Shown here: positions 9,564 to 18,196 of the stretch, piece after piece
How the letters are laid out: each line of letters opens with the position of its first letter
Position numbering within the stretch: position 1 is the stretch's first letter
Source of the DNA: an uncultured archaeon
GTDB taxonomy: Archaea; Asgardarchaeota; Lokiarchaeia; Sigyniarchaeales; SOKP01
Direction of reading: 5' to 3'
Assembly (NCBI GenBank): GCA_964632315.1
Contig: CAZWEM010000016.1
Span: 1-64,000 of the forward strand
DNA length: 64,000 bases
Translations under genes and position numbers: made by a program
The notes under the pieces: generated by a model
What the model was told of the DNA's origin: nothing
The model's input: only the letters and a program-made list of their open reading frames with translations
Database searches by the model: none

Positions 9564-11957
9564 TTATTCATATTCTCCTAACGCTGGTTTAGTTGGATAT
9601 CCTTTACGATGCCAAGCAATCATTCCTCCTGTTAAGTTTCTTACGTCACTGAACCCTGCTCTTACTAATAATTGCGATGCCATCATTGAACGAGAACCAC
9701 TATGACAAATAACCACCACTTCTTCATCTTTATATTGGTCTAATTCTTGCACGTTATTGATTAAATCACCAAGAGGTAATAAAGTTGCACCAGGAACATG
9801 ACCTGTTCTTCCATGAAACTCTTGAGGAGTTCTTACATCAACTAAAACTGCAGGGGCATCATCAGAATCTAATCTATTATGTAGTTCCTCTGCGGTAATC
9901 TGGGAAAGTGGTGGTGCATTAGGACCAAGTTTCTCCTTTCTTGTTTTCTTCTTAATTTGAACAGGAGCTTTGACTTCTTCTGAATCTATTTTTCCTTTTT
10001 CTAAAATTGCTACTAACTTTCCACTTTCTTTTCCAAGCGATACTAATTTAACTCCCTCATTGAGTTTTGAATATGCCTCAACACTTGATTTAAATCCTGG
10101 ATCAGTCGCATAAATTCTCAATCTTTTATTTTGAGGTAATTTTTCCAAACCTTTAATTAATGTATTCAAGGGCCCAGGACATGATAATCCACAAGCATCG
10201 ACATCTACAAACTCATCAGTCTCAGTGGTTTTTGATTCTATCATTTCTTCTACTATCTCTTCAGAAGCACCACATGCTGCAGCTATTTCCTCAGTTGTCA
10301 TTCTAGCAATCTCGAAAGTTCTATGTCCTCCAGTGAGGTTATATACTTTCTCATAACCTTTCTGTTTCAGTAGTCTTGTTGCTAAATATCCTCTAAATCC
10401 TACCTCACAGAATACATATATGGATTTATCTTTTGGAATCTCATCTAATCTACTTCTCAGTTCTAAATCGTCAATGTTATGAGCATCTTCAATCGTTCCA
10501 ATTTCAAATTCTTCCGGAGTCCTTACATCGAGAATAAAACTATTATTTTTTTTAATCTCCTCTAATTCGTCCCAGTGCCAAATCGGCATATCTCCCCTTA
10601 AAAAATTCGAGGCTACAAATCCTGCCATATTTATTGGATCTTTTGCAGAACCGTAGGGAGGTGCATAAGCAAGTTCTAATTCTTCTAAATCGAAAACATT
10701 TCCTCCATACTTGATTACGGTAGAGATCACATCGATGCGTTTTTCTGTCCCTGGTCCTCCTACTGCTTGAGCTCCTAAAATTTTACCGGTTGGAATTTCA
10801 AAAATTAATTTTATACTTATTGGAATGGCTCCCGGATAGTAACCAGCGTGATTATTTGGATGGACGTAAATCTTCTCATAGTTATAATTTAAATTTTTTA
10901 CTTGTCTTTCATTCAGCCCCGTAAAAGCTACTGTAAGGTCAAATACCTTCAAAACCGATGCTCCTAATACTCCCTCATATGTAGAGTCACGACCAGCAAT
11001 GTTATCAGCAGCAATCCTTCCTTGCTTATTTGCTGGACCAGCTAATGGAATCGCCGTGGGATCATGTGTTTGGAATTGTTTAACTTGTATAGCATCTCCT
11101 ACAGCAAAAATAAAAGGATCAGATGTACGCATGTGATCATTAACTATTATATGCCCCTTAGGGCCAATTTCTAATCCCGCGTCTTTCGCTAATTTATTTT
11201 CTGGCTTAACTCCAATTGCTAAAATGACCATATCGGTCTCAATTTTCTTTCCACTCTTAGGAATTACAAAATTGCAATTATTTTCATCACACTTGAAAGA
11301 ATCTACGGGATCTCCTAATTGTAAGCAAATTCCGTTAAGAATTAATTCTTGGTGAACAAATTGTGCCATTTCTTTATCAATGGGAGAGAGAACTTGCTCT
11401 AACATTTCCACAATTTTGACCTTTATTCCTCGTTTTTTCAAGTTTTCTGCCATTTCTAAACCTATATATCCTCCTCCAATAATTGTTGCATGCTTTACAT
11501 TGTTTTTCTCGGCATAATCCTTTATTTTAACAGAGTCTGGAATTGTTCTCAAGGTGAACGTTGGAACTTCTTCTATTCCTTTAAAAGGAGGAACAATTGG
11601 CGACGCTCCCGGTGAAAGAATCAAGTAATCGTATTTCATACTTAATATCTTGTTCGAAGCTAAATCTTTTACCATCACGGCTTTCTTTTCTTTATCAATT
11701 GATATGGCTTCGTGATTAACTTTTATGTGGATATTAAATCGATCTAAGAATTTTTCGGGAGTCATTAGTTCAAGCTGCTCACGTTGCTTAATTACATGCC
11801 CTACATAATATGGTAATCCACAATTAGCAAATGATACATATGAACCTTTTTCTAATACTGTGATTTCAACGTTTTCATTTAATCGTCTTAATCGGGCTGC
11901 TGCTGATGCACCACCAGCAACACCTCCAACTATTAATATTTTATCCATGTTTTTCAC
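9564..11957 (-). CDS. CoA-disulfide/persulfide reductase fused to rhodanese, TusA and a second rhodanese
   Basis: GGVAGGAS, SFANCGLPY, YAPPY; rhodanese FCEVGFRG; TusA-like DACGLSCPGP; second rhodanese CHSGSRS. Confidence 0.9.
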   Translation of the reverse strand: MKNMDKILIVGGVAGGASAAARLRRLNENVEITVLEKGSYVSFANCGLPYYVGHVIKQREQLELMTPEKFLDRFNIHIKVNHEAISIDKEKKAVMVKDLASNKILSMKYDYLILSPGASPIVPPFKGIEEVPTFTLRTIPDSVKIKDYAEKNNVKHATIIGGGYIGLEMAENLKKRGIKVKIVEMLEQVLSPIDKEMAQFVHQELILNGICLQLGDPVDSFKCDENNCNFVIPKSGKKIETDMVILAIGVKPENKLAKDAGLEIGPKGHIIVNDHMRTSDPFIFAVGDAIQVKQFQTHDPTAIPLAGPANKQGRIAADNIAGRDSTYEGVLGASVLKVFDLTVAFTGLNERQVKNLNYNYEKIYVHPNNHAGYYPGAIPISIKLIFEIPTGKILGAQAVGGPGTEKRIDVISTVIKYGGNVFDLEELELAYAPPYGSAKDPINMAGFVASNFLRGDMPIWHWDELEEIKKNNSFILDVRTPEEFEIGTIEDAHNIDDLELRSRLDEIPKDKSIYVFCEVGFRGYLATRLLKQKGYEKVYNLTGGHRTFEIARMTTEEIAAACGASEEIVEEMIESKTTETDEFVDVDACGLSCPGPLNTLIKGLEKLPQNKRLRIYATDPGFKSSVEAYSKLNEGVKLVSLGKESGKLVAILEKGKIDSEEVKAPVQIKKKTRKEKLGPNAPPLSQITAEELHNRLDSDDAPAVLVDVRTPQEFHGRTGHVPGATLLPLGDLINNVQELDQYKDEEVVVICHSGSRSMMASQLLVRAGFSDVRNLTGGMIAWHRKGYPTKPALGEYE

Positions 11958-12171
11958 TATATTTTTTATAACTTTATCTATTTAGTAATGATTTTGTAAT
12001 ACACAACTTAATTTAGAAAGTAAAAATTTTCATTTAAAACTCACTCTTATGAATTATTTCCTCATTTTCGAAGATTGCTATGGCATGATAAAAATTTCAA
12101 ATGGAAATTTATTTTTTGAAATACTTGGATTTTTCTTTAAATTTGGCAAAATGGAATTTCTAAAATTAAAG

Positions 12172-13521
12172 CTAGAAAAAAATAATCAAGAAAGTAATAT
12201 ATCCAATTCCCAGTATAATATGAAGTAAAGCAAATAATCCACCGACCTTAAATAACCTTTTATACGACATGTCTTTAACATCATTCTCTCTACTGATTTC
12301 CAGCGTCATCATATCAGCAGCAGATCCTTGAGGAAGGAAATTTCCACCTAAATTAATTCCGAGTATAAAGGCGACAACCAATGGACCAAGATAAAATTCG
12401 GGTAAGTTGAACAAAACCCGAATAACAGGAATAAAAATAATTGTTACGGGTGTGTTATCAATCAAACCACTTAGAATAGAGGTTAAAAGAAGAATAATTA
12501 TCGCAAGAATAAACTCACTCTGAGCAGATATGTTCTCAATTAGTAATTCTATAAAAGAGATTGTTCCATTTAATTCCATTAAACCAACAAAGATAAATAA
12601 GCAAATAAAAAAGTAGATAATTTTATAATCTACATGAGATAGGTATTTTGATAAGGAAAATGATTTCTTTCCTTTTTTGTTTTTCAATGGGTTGATTAAT
12701 ACGAAAATTAATGCACTAATTAGTCCCGCAAGATATAACTCCGGTATTAACACTAAAAAGAATATAAATACTATTAATCCAATCAGATTTTTCCTAAAAA
12801 TCCTTTTATCTATAATTGGTTCTGCTAACATCTTGTTTTCAACGAATTTTTCCTCACTACAAGCATGAGATGCACAATAATCTAAATCCTTTTTAAGAGA
12901 AAACTTATCTAAAAGTGTAAGCGTAATAACAAGTGATATTAGAAAATAAGGACCTAAATTTATTAAAAACCATATGGTATCTAAACCAAATTCATTGGAT
13001 ATAAGAATATTTTGAGCTGATCCAAAGGGTGTTAATGTCGCTGCTATATTAATACATATTGTCATGCCTAACAAGTATGCTGCAGGTCTAATATTTAATT
13101 TTCTACTGGCTACAATTATAATTGGAGCAAATATCATTGCTATTGAAAGATCCTCAACAATCGTCGCCATAAAAGTGGATACAATACAAAGAATATAAAA
13201 CATTTTTCTCAAGTTATTATGATATCTTGAGACAATTAAACGTGCAATTTCATCAAAAATCTTGTTTTCTTTAAGAATTTCAACGATAACAAACATTGTG
13301 ATTAAAAAGACAACGACCTCCCACTCAATGCTATTAATATAAAAATCTAAATTTCGAGCTTTTGGGATAAATATTGCTGTAATTATACCTGCCAAAACAA
13401 TAAACATAAATGAGAAGTATACGTAATCTTGATCTTCGAAGAATAAAACAATTACAACTCCGATAAAGCATAATAAAACAAAAATTTGAAGAAATAAATT
13501 TGTCATGATAATTTGCATCAA
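12172..13521 (-). CDS. SLC13/ArsB/NhaD-type ion transporter permease
   Basis: Multiple TM segments; TPFGSAQN, SGLIDNTP, NLGGNFLPQGSAA. Confidence 0.8.
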   Translation of the reverse strand: MMQIIMTNLFLQIFVLLCFIGVVIVLFFEDQDYVYFSFMFIVLAGIITAIFIPKARNLDFYINSIEWEVVVFLITMFVIVEILKENKIFDEIARLIVSRYHNNLRKMFYILCIVSTFMATIVEDLSIAMIFAPIIIVASRKLNIRPAAYLLGMTICINIAATLTPFGSAQNILISNEFGLDTIWFLINLGPYFLISLVITLTLLDKFSLKKDLDYCASHACSEEKFVENKMLAEPIIDKRIFRKNLIGLIVFIFFLVLIPELYLAGLISALIFVLINPLKNKKGKKSFSLSKYLSHVDYKIIYFFICLFIFVGLMELNGTISFIELLIENISAQSEFILAIIILLLTSILSGLIDNTPVTIIFIPVIRVLFNLPEFYLGPLVVAFILGINLGGNFLPQGSAADMMTLEISRENDVKDMSYKRLFKVGGLFALLHIILGIGYITFLIIFF

Positions 13522-13634
13522 ATCAATATTTAGGTTTTAATTTATAATTTTGGTTTTTCTTATAAGAAGGATAATCGGAAAATAACCATTGTTAATTCTA
13601 AAATCCTAAAAGTAGCGTTGTAAAAAGTTCTTAT

Positions 13635-13792
13635 ATCTGATTTCTATGGAGTTTACCATCATGACCTGGGATATACATTTATGATCATGAAACGGGGAAA
13701 GCCCGTCAATATGGAACTAACTCATATTGAACCTTCCTATATAGCATTTTTGTATGATTTCCCTTAGGTTTTTCATTACTTTTCTATCAGAT
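13635..13792 (-). ncRNA. Candidate structured leader/RNA upstream of the transporter
   Basis: Three stems visible by eye; G-U pairs favour the minus strand (see findings). Confidence 0.35.
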
Positions 13793-13892
13793 GCCATTTA
13801 GGAAGCGTTTTTTAAACTAACAAGTATTTTCGCTATTATCATATAACTAATTTGATATTTGAAAAAATAGATTAATGAAAAATGATTTTTTA

Positions 13893-14696
13893 TTATCCTC
13901 TATAGCTCAAAAGTATTACTGCATCCACTGTAAGATCGTAATCTTCATCTTCGTCAAAATCATGAATAGTTACTTTTTCAACTTCGTCTAATTCTCCCTT
14001 AATCTCTTTTAGCTCTGATTGATATAAGATTTTTACTTCTGAATGCTTTAGATCTTTTCTTAATTCAACTGTTCCAGGTACTGTTTTTGCTGAGGTGATG
14101 ACTATAACTCTTCCTGTATACTTTAGCAGTTTTAAAGCTAGTGCGAGTGACTCATCCCCAGAGTCAGAAATGATTACTCTCTTATCATGTAGTTCCTCCA
14201 AATTTTGTGGGATCTCTGTGTATACTCCTTTACCTAGAAATTTATCGACTCCTAAAATTACTTGTACCTCAAGTTGACATGAAGTAGCAACTTCTACGTC
14301 AGGAGTTGTGCCTGTTCGATAATTATCAATTGCAGCCTTTAAAGCATCTGCAGCTAAGTTGCTACAATGCATTTTAATGGGTGGTAAACCATCTAATTCA
14401 TCTGCAACATCTTGTCGGCTAACATTGTATGCTTCATCAAGAGGCATTCCCTTAACCATTTCCGTTATCATTGATGAAGTGCTTATAGCACTACCACAAC
14501 CAAATGTTTTAAACTTAATATCATCGATAATTTCCTCTCCTTTATCATTCTTTCCCACTTTAATATATATCCACATGAGATCCCCACAGACAGGATTACC
14601 TACCTTTCCAACACCATCAGCATCCTCTATTTCTCCTACATTACGTGGGTGCTGAAAATGATCTAGTACTTTATCAGAATATTGAGTTGATTTCAT
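13893..14696 (-). CDS. iscU: IscU/NifU-N Fe-S scaffold fused to a degenerate TrxB-like Rossmann domain
   Basis: GNPVCGD, FGCGSA and KMHCSNL in aa 1-130; the C-terminal part resembles the TrxB NADPH domain. Confidence 0.88.
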   Translation of the reverse strand: MKSTQYSDKVLDHFQHPRNVGEIEDADGVGKVGNPVCGDLMWIYIKVGKNDKGEEIIDDIKFKTFGCGSAISTSSMITEMVKGMPLDEAYNVSRQDVADELDGLPPIKMHCSNLAADALKAAIDNYRTGTTPDVEVATSCQLEVQVILGVDKFLGKGVYTEIPQNLEELHDKRVIISDSGDESLALALKLLKYTGRVIVITSAKTVPGTVELRKDLKHSEVKILYQSELKEIKGELDEVEKVTIHDFDEDEDYDLTVDAVILLSYRG

Positions 14697-14710
14697 ATTT
14701 TTTTTCTCAC

Positions 14711-15892
14711 CTAATTTAGTTGTTTTAACATTTCTGGAGGTGTTAAGGGTGACAATTTTCTAAGCCTTCTGACCGAATTTGGTAAGACTTCGATTAATTT
14801 ATCTATATCAGATTCTTTTGTAGTACGTCCTAAGGACACCAATAGAGATCCATGAGCCTCCTCATGTAATAATCCCATCGAGATCAGTGTATGTGAAGGT
14901 TCCAGTGTTTTTGAGCTGCACGCTGAACCAGTAGCAGCAGCTATTTTCTTTTCTTTTAATGTGAGGATTAAAGATTCACCTTCAATATAATCAAATCGAA
15001 AATGAGCATTGTGAGGTAACCGTTTTGTAGGATGTCCATTTAAATATGACTTTGGGATCTTTTCTAATACGTTTTTAATAAGTTTATCACGTAATCCTTC
15101 CAAATACTTTGATTCACTTGGCATTTCTTCTTTCATTATTTCAGCAGCTTTAGCAAAGCCAACTATTCCTGGTATGTTTTCTGAACCAGATCTAAAACCT
15201 CTTTCTTGTCCACCACCAATAATTATTGGATTAACTCGTACCCCCTTTCTAAGATACAACGCTCCAACTCCACGAGGTCCATAAATATCATTTGATGATA
15301 GGGTTATTAAATCAATTGGTATTTTTTGAACATCTATTGGTATTACTGATTCACTTGAGACAGCGTCCGTGTGAAACAAAACATCATGTTCTTGTGCTAG
15401 CTTGCTAATCTCTTTTGTTGGTTGTAGAGATCCCACCTCATTACTTGCGGTTGCTATAGATATTAGTATAGTGTCATCTCTGATATACTTTTCTAACTTA
15501 TCTAAATCAACTATTCCAAATGTATCTACAGGAACTCTACTCACTTTAAATCCGAGTTTTTCAAGATGTTTTCCAATGTTTCGAATGGATATATGCTCGA
15601 TCTCTGATATTATTACATGATTCCCTTTTCTTTTTCGATTCATTGCAGCTCCTATCAGAGCCAGATTGTTCGATTCAGTAGCTGACGCTGTGAAAATGAT
15701 ATCGGATCGGTTTGGAGCATTGATAAAATCAGCAACTTTTTTTCTGGATACTTCTAAAATATCGGTCGCAATATCTCCATCACAATGCAAAGAAGCAGGA
15801 TTTGCAAATTTTTCATTAAAATATACCATCATTTCATTAACTACTCTTGGATCAACAGGCTTGGCCGCTTGATTATCTAAATACACAGACAT
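14711..15892 (-). CDS. iscS: Cysteine desulfurase (IscS/NifS family)
   Basis: ANPASLH, HTDA, RSGSEN, GSACSS. The usual PLP-lysine motif SxHK reads SSND here. Confidence 0.88.
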   Translation of the reverse strand: MSVYLDNQAAKPVDPRVVNEMMVYFNEKFANPASLHCDGDIATDILEVSRKKVADFINAPNRSDIIFTASATESNNLALIGAAMNRKRKGNHVIISEIEHISIRNIGKHLEKLGFKVSRVPVDTFGIVDLDKLEKYIRDDTILISIATASNEVGSLQPTKEISKLAQEHDVLFHTDAVSSESVIPIDVQKIPIDLITLSSNDIYGPRGVGALYLRKGVRVNPIIIGGGQERGFRSGSENIPGIVGFAKAAEIMKEEMPSESKYLEGLRDKLIKNVLEKIPKSYLNGHPTKRLPHNAHFRFDYIEGESLILTLKEKKIAAATGSACSSKTLEPSHTLISMGLLHEEAHGSLLVSLGRTTKESDIDKLIEVLPNSVRRLRKLSPLTPPEMLKQLN

Positions 15893-15906
15893 ATCTTACA
15901 CTCCCA

Positions 15907-16161
15907 TTATTTCCTCCTTTTAAAATAAAAAACTAAATCGTCGCCATCTTTGTAAAATTCAACTAAATCTGTATCATTTTTATTAGCCCACCTTTTTAGA
16001 TCATCTTCAGCAGCGGGATCATCGGCTATAACCTTAAAACATTGACCAACTTCAATTTTTTCAGAAAAGTTCCGTACTTCAAAGAGAGGTTCTGGACAAT
16101 ATAATCCACGCGTATCTAGTTCATCTTCATATTCTATTTCATCTTTACTTTTTTCACTCAT
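15907..16161 (-). CDS. tusA: TusA/SirA sulfur carrier
   Basis: LDTRGLYCPEP and ADDPAA. Confidence 0.9.
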   Translation of the reverse strand: MSEKSKDEIEYEDELDTRGLYCPEPLFEVRNFSEKIEVGQCFKVIADDPAAEDDLKRWANKNDTDLVEFYKDGDDLVFYFKRRK

Positions 16162-16377
16162 ATAACATTCCTCCTAAGAAATTCAAAAATTATTATTAGA
16201 TTCTATGTTTGATTTATATACTCGAAAAGAGAAAATAAATATTGTCATTATAAATTAACGATTAATTTCATGACAAGAGTGAGGCAGATAAAACCTCTTA
16301 TAAATGAATGTTATAAAATATAAAAAAGAAAAGAAATTCAAATCTTTAAATAGATTAAAATTAAAAAAATTGCAGAC

Positions 16378-17025
16378 TTACATTTCTGCTAATTTTTTGA
16401 TGTGTTTAACCCCATCAACAGCATCTTCAGCAAAATCATCTGCTCCTAACTTTTTAGCTAACTCCATGTTTAAAGGTGCCCCACCAACAATTAATTTCAC
16501 TTTATCACGAACTCCCGCATTTTTTAATGCTTCATCAACAGCTTTTATTTGTTCAACAGTCATTGTTAATAGAGAACTGAGAGCTATGATCTTCGCCCCT
16601 GTTTCCTTTACTTTTTCTACAATCACATCTTCAGAAACATCCATTCCTAAATCATGCAATTCAAATCCACTACTTAAAAGTAAAGATCCTAAGATGTTCT
16701 TTCCAATATCATGGTTATCTCCCTTAACAGTTGCTAATATTATTTTTATTTTCTCAACAGATTGATCCGCAGCAGCTAATGCCGGTTGTAGAACTTTAAA
16801 AGCTTCTTTCATGGTTTCTCCAGCTAAAACGAGTTCAGTAAGATAATACTCTTTCTCTTCATAACGTTTTCCAACTTCATCCATCCCTTTGGTTAGGGCA
16901 TTCAAAACTTCAAAAGGATCCTTATTATCCTCCTCTAATGCTTCCTTAACTGCACCAGCTATATCATCGACTTCTAACTCAATAATAAGTTCCGTAAGTT
17001 TCTCAAAATCCATAACTAATCCCAT
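16378..17025 (-). CDS. Methyltransferase-cognate corrinoid protein (MtbC/MtaC family)
   Basis: B12-binding GDNHDIGKN, SSLLT and GGAP, with an N-terminal cap domain. Confidence 0.92.
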   Translation of the reverse strand: MGLVMDFEKLTELIIELEVDDIAGAVKEALEEDNKDPFEVLNALTKGMDEVGKRYEEKEYYLTELVLAGETMKEAFKVLQPALAAADQSVEKIKIILATVKGDNHDIGKNILGSLLLSSGFELHDLGMDVSEDVIVEKVKETGAKIIALSSLLTMTVEQIKAVDEALKNAGVRDKVKLIVGGAPLNMELAKKLGADDFAEDAVDGVKHIKKLAEM

Positions 17026-17136
17026 TCTTATAGTTTATTAATATTATACCTTAAATTTTATAAATTTTCTTAATGTAAATATTTTCAGAAATTTTCGTTT
17101 ATTAAGTAAAATTCATGTAAAAATGCCTATAAGGTT

Positions 17137-17280
17137 AAAAAAAGAGAACGAGGGAAGCCAGAAAATCAAAAACCTTAAGATAAGGTTTATTTAAGGATAA
17201 AATTTAGTTACCATTTAATTAGGAAATTAGGGGATATTTATAGTTTAATTTTCTTCTTTAATGACTTCCCTCCTAATTAA
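17137..17280 (-). ncRNA. Candidate small RNA / attenuator-like leader
   Basis: TATA box upstream on the minus strand, 11-bp closing stem, internal 8-bp hairpin and a T7 tract. Confidence 0.4.
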
Positions 17281-17412
17281 TAATTATTACAGTCGGATAT
17301 ATAAATGTTTTTTATGATTTCTGAATATTCTCATAAATGATTATTTAGGCAAATAAGGTTTTAAATTAATGAAGATTAAATAAATAAAAAAGGTAAAGTT
17401 GGAGAACAACTC

Positions 17413-18165
17413 ATGGATAGCGAGTTTTTTGAAGGAGATCAAGAGATTGGAGATATTAAATATATTAATAAAATTAAAGAACTGAATTTGATCATCTTAG
17501 TTGAAGATTTAACGAAAGTATATGAGATTGGAGATTTTGTAGTAAAAGCGGTTGATGGAGTATCTTTACAAATTGAAACTGGGCAAACAATGGTAATTAG
17601 AGGATTTTCAGGGGCAGGGAAAACAACATTATTAAATTTGATCGGGGGTTTAGACTCTCCAGGCCAAGGTGTCATATACTCTAATGGAGTAAGAATAACA
17701 AATATGAATGAAGAATCCTTGGCCCTATTTCGTTTAATGAATTCTGGATTTATTTTTCAGAATTATAATCTGATAAGTACTCTCACGTGTGAGGAAAACA
17801 TTATGTTTCCAATGAATTTAGCAGGGATGTCCTTAAAAGATCAAAGAGATCGAGCAATTAAGCTAATAGAAGATGTGGGACTTTTAGAAAGAAGAGAGCA
17901 TCTACCGTTTCAATTATCTGCGGGTGAACAACAAAGAGTAGCTATTGCTAGAGCTTTAGCCAATGATCCACCAATTATTTTAGCCGATGAACCTAGTGCA
18001 AATTTAGATAAAAAGACTTGTGGATTCATCCTTGATCTCTTTAAAAAACTCAAAAATGATGGAAAAACACTTATTATCGCCACTCATGATGATAACATTA
18101 TTGAATTAGCAGATCAATTAATTTCTTTTGAAGAAGGAAAAATTATTGAAACAATAAATAAATGA
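17413..18165 (+). CDS. ABC transporter ATP-binding protein (LolD/MacB type)
   Basis: GFSGAGKT, LSAGEQQRVAIARA, ILADEP. Confidence 0.92.
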   Translation: MDSEFFEGDQEIGDIKYINKIKELNLIILVEDLTKVYEIGDFVVKAVDGVSLQIETGQTMVIRGFSGAGKTTLLNLIGGLDSPGQGVIYSNGVRITNMNEESLALFRLMNSGFIFQNYNLISTLTCEENIMFPMNLAGMSLKDQRDRAIKLIEDVGLLERREHLPFQLSAGEQQRVAIARALANDPPIILADEPSANLDKKTCGFILDLFKKLKNDGKTLIIATHDDNIIELADQLISFEEGKIIETINK

Positions 18166-18196
18166 TATTTAAATTATAAACTCAGAGGAGATATAA

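Noticed and set aside
13641-13666. ATGGAGTTTACCAT resembling a fluoride riboswitch 5' part
   Set aside because: It is on the opposite strand to the transporter, and the 3' pseudoknot partner is missing.
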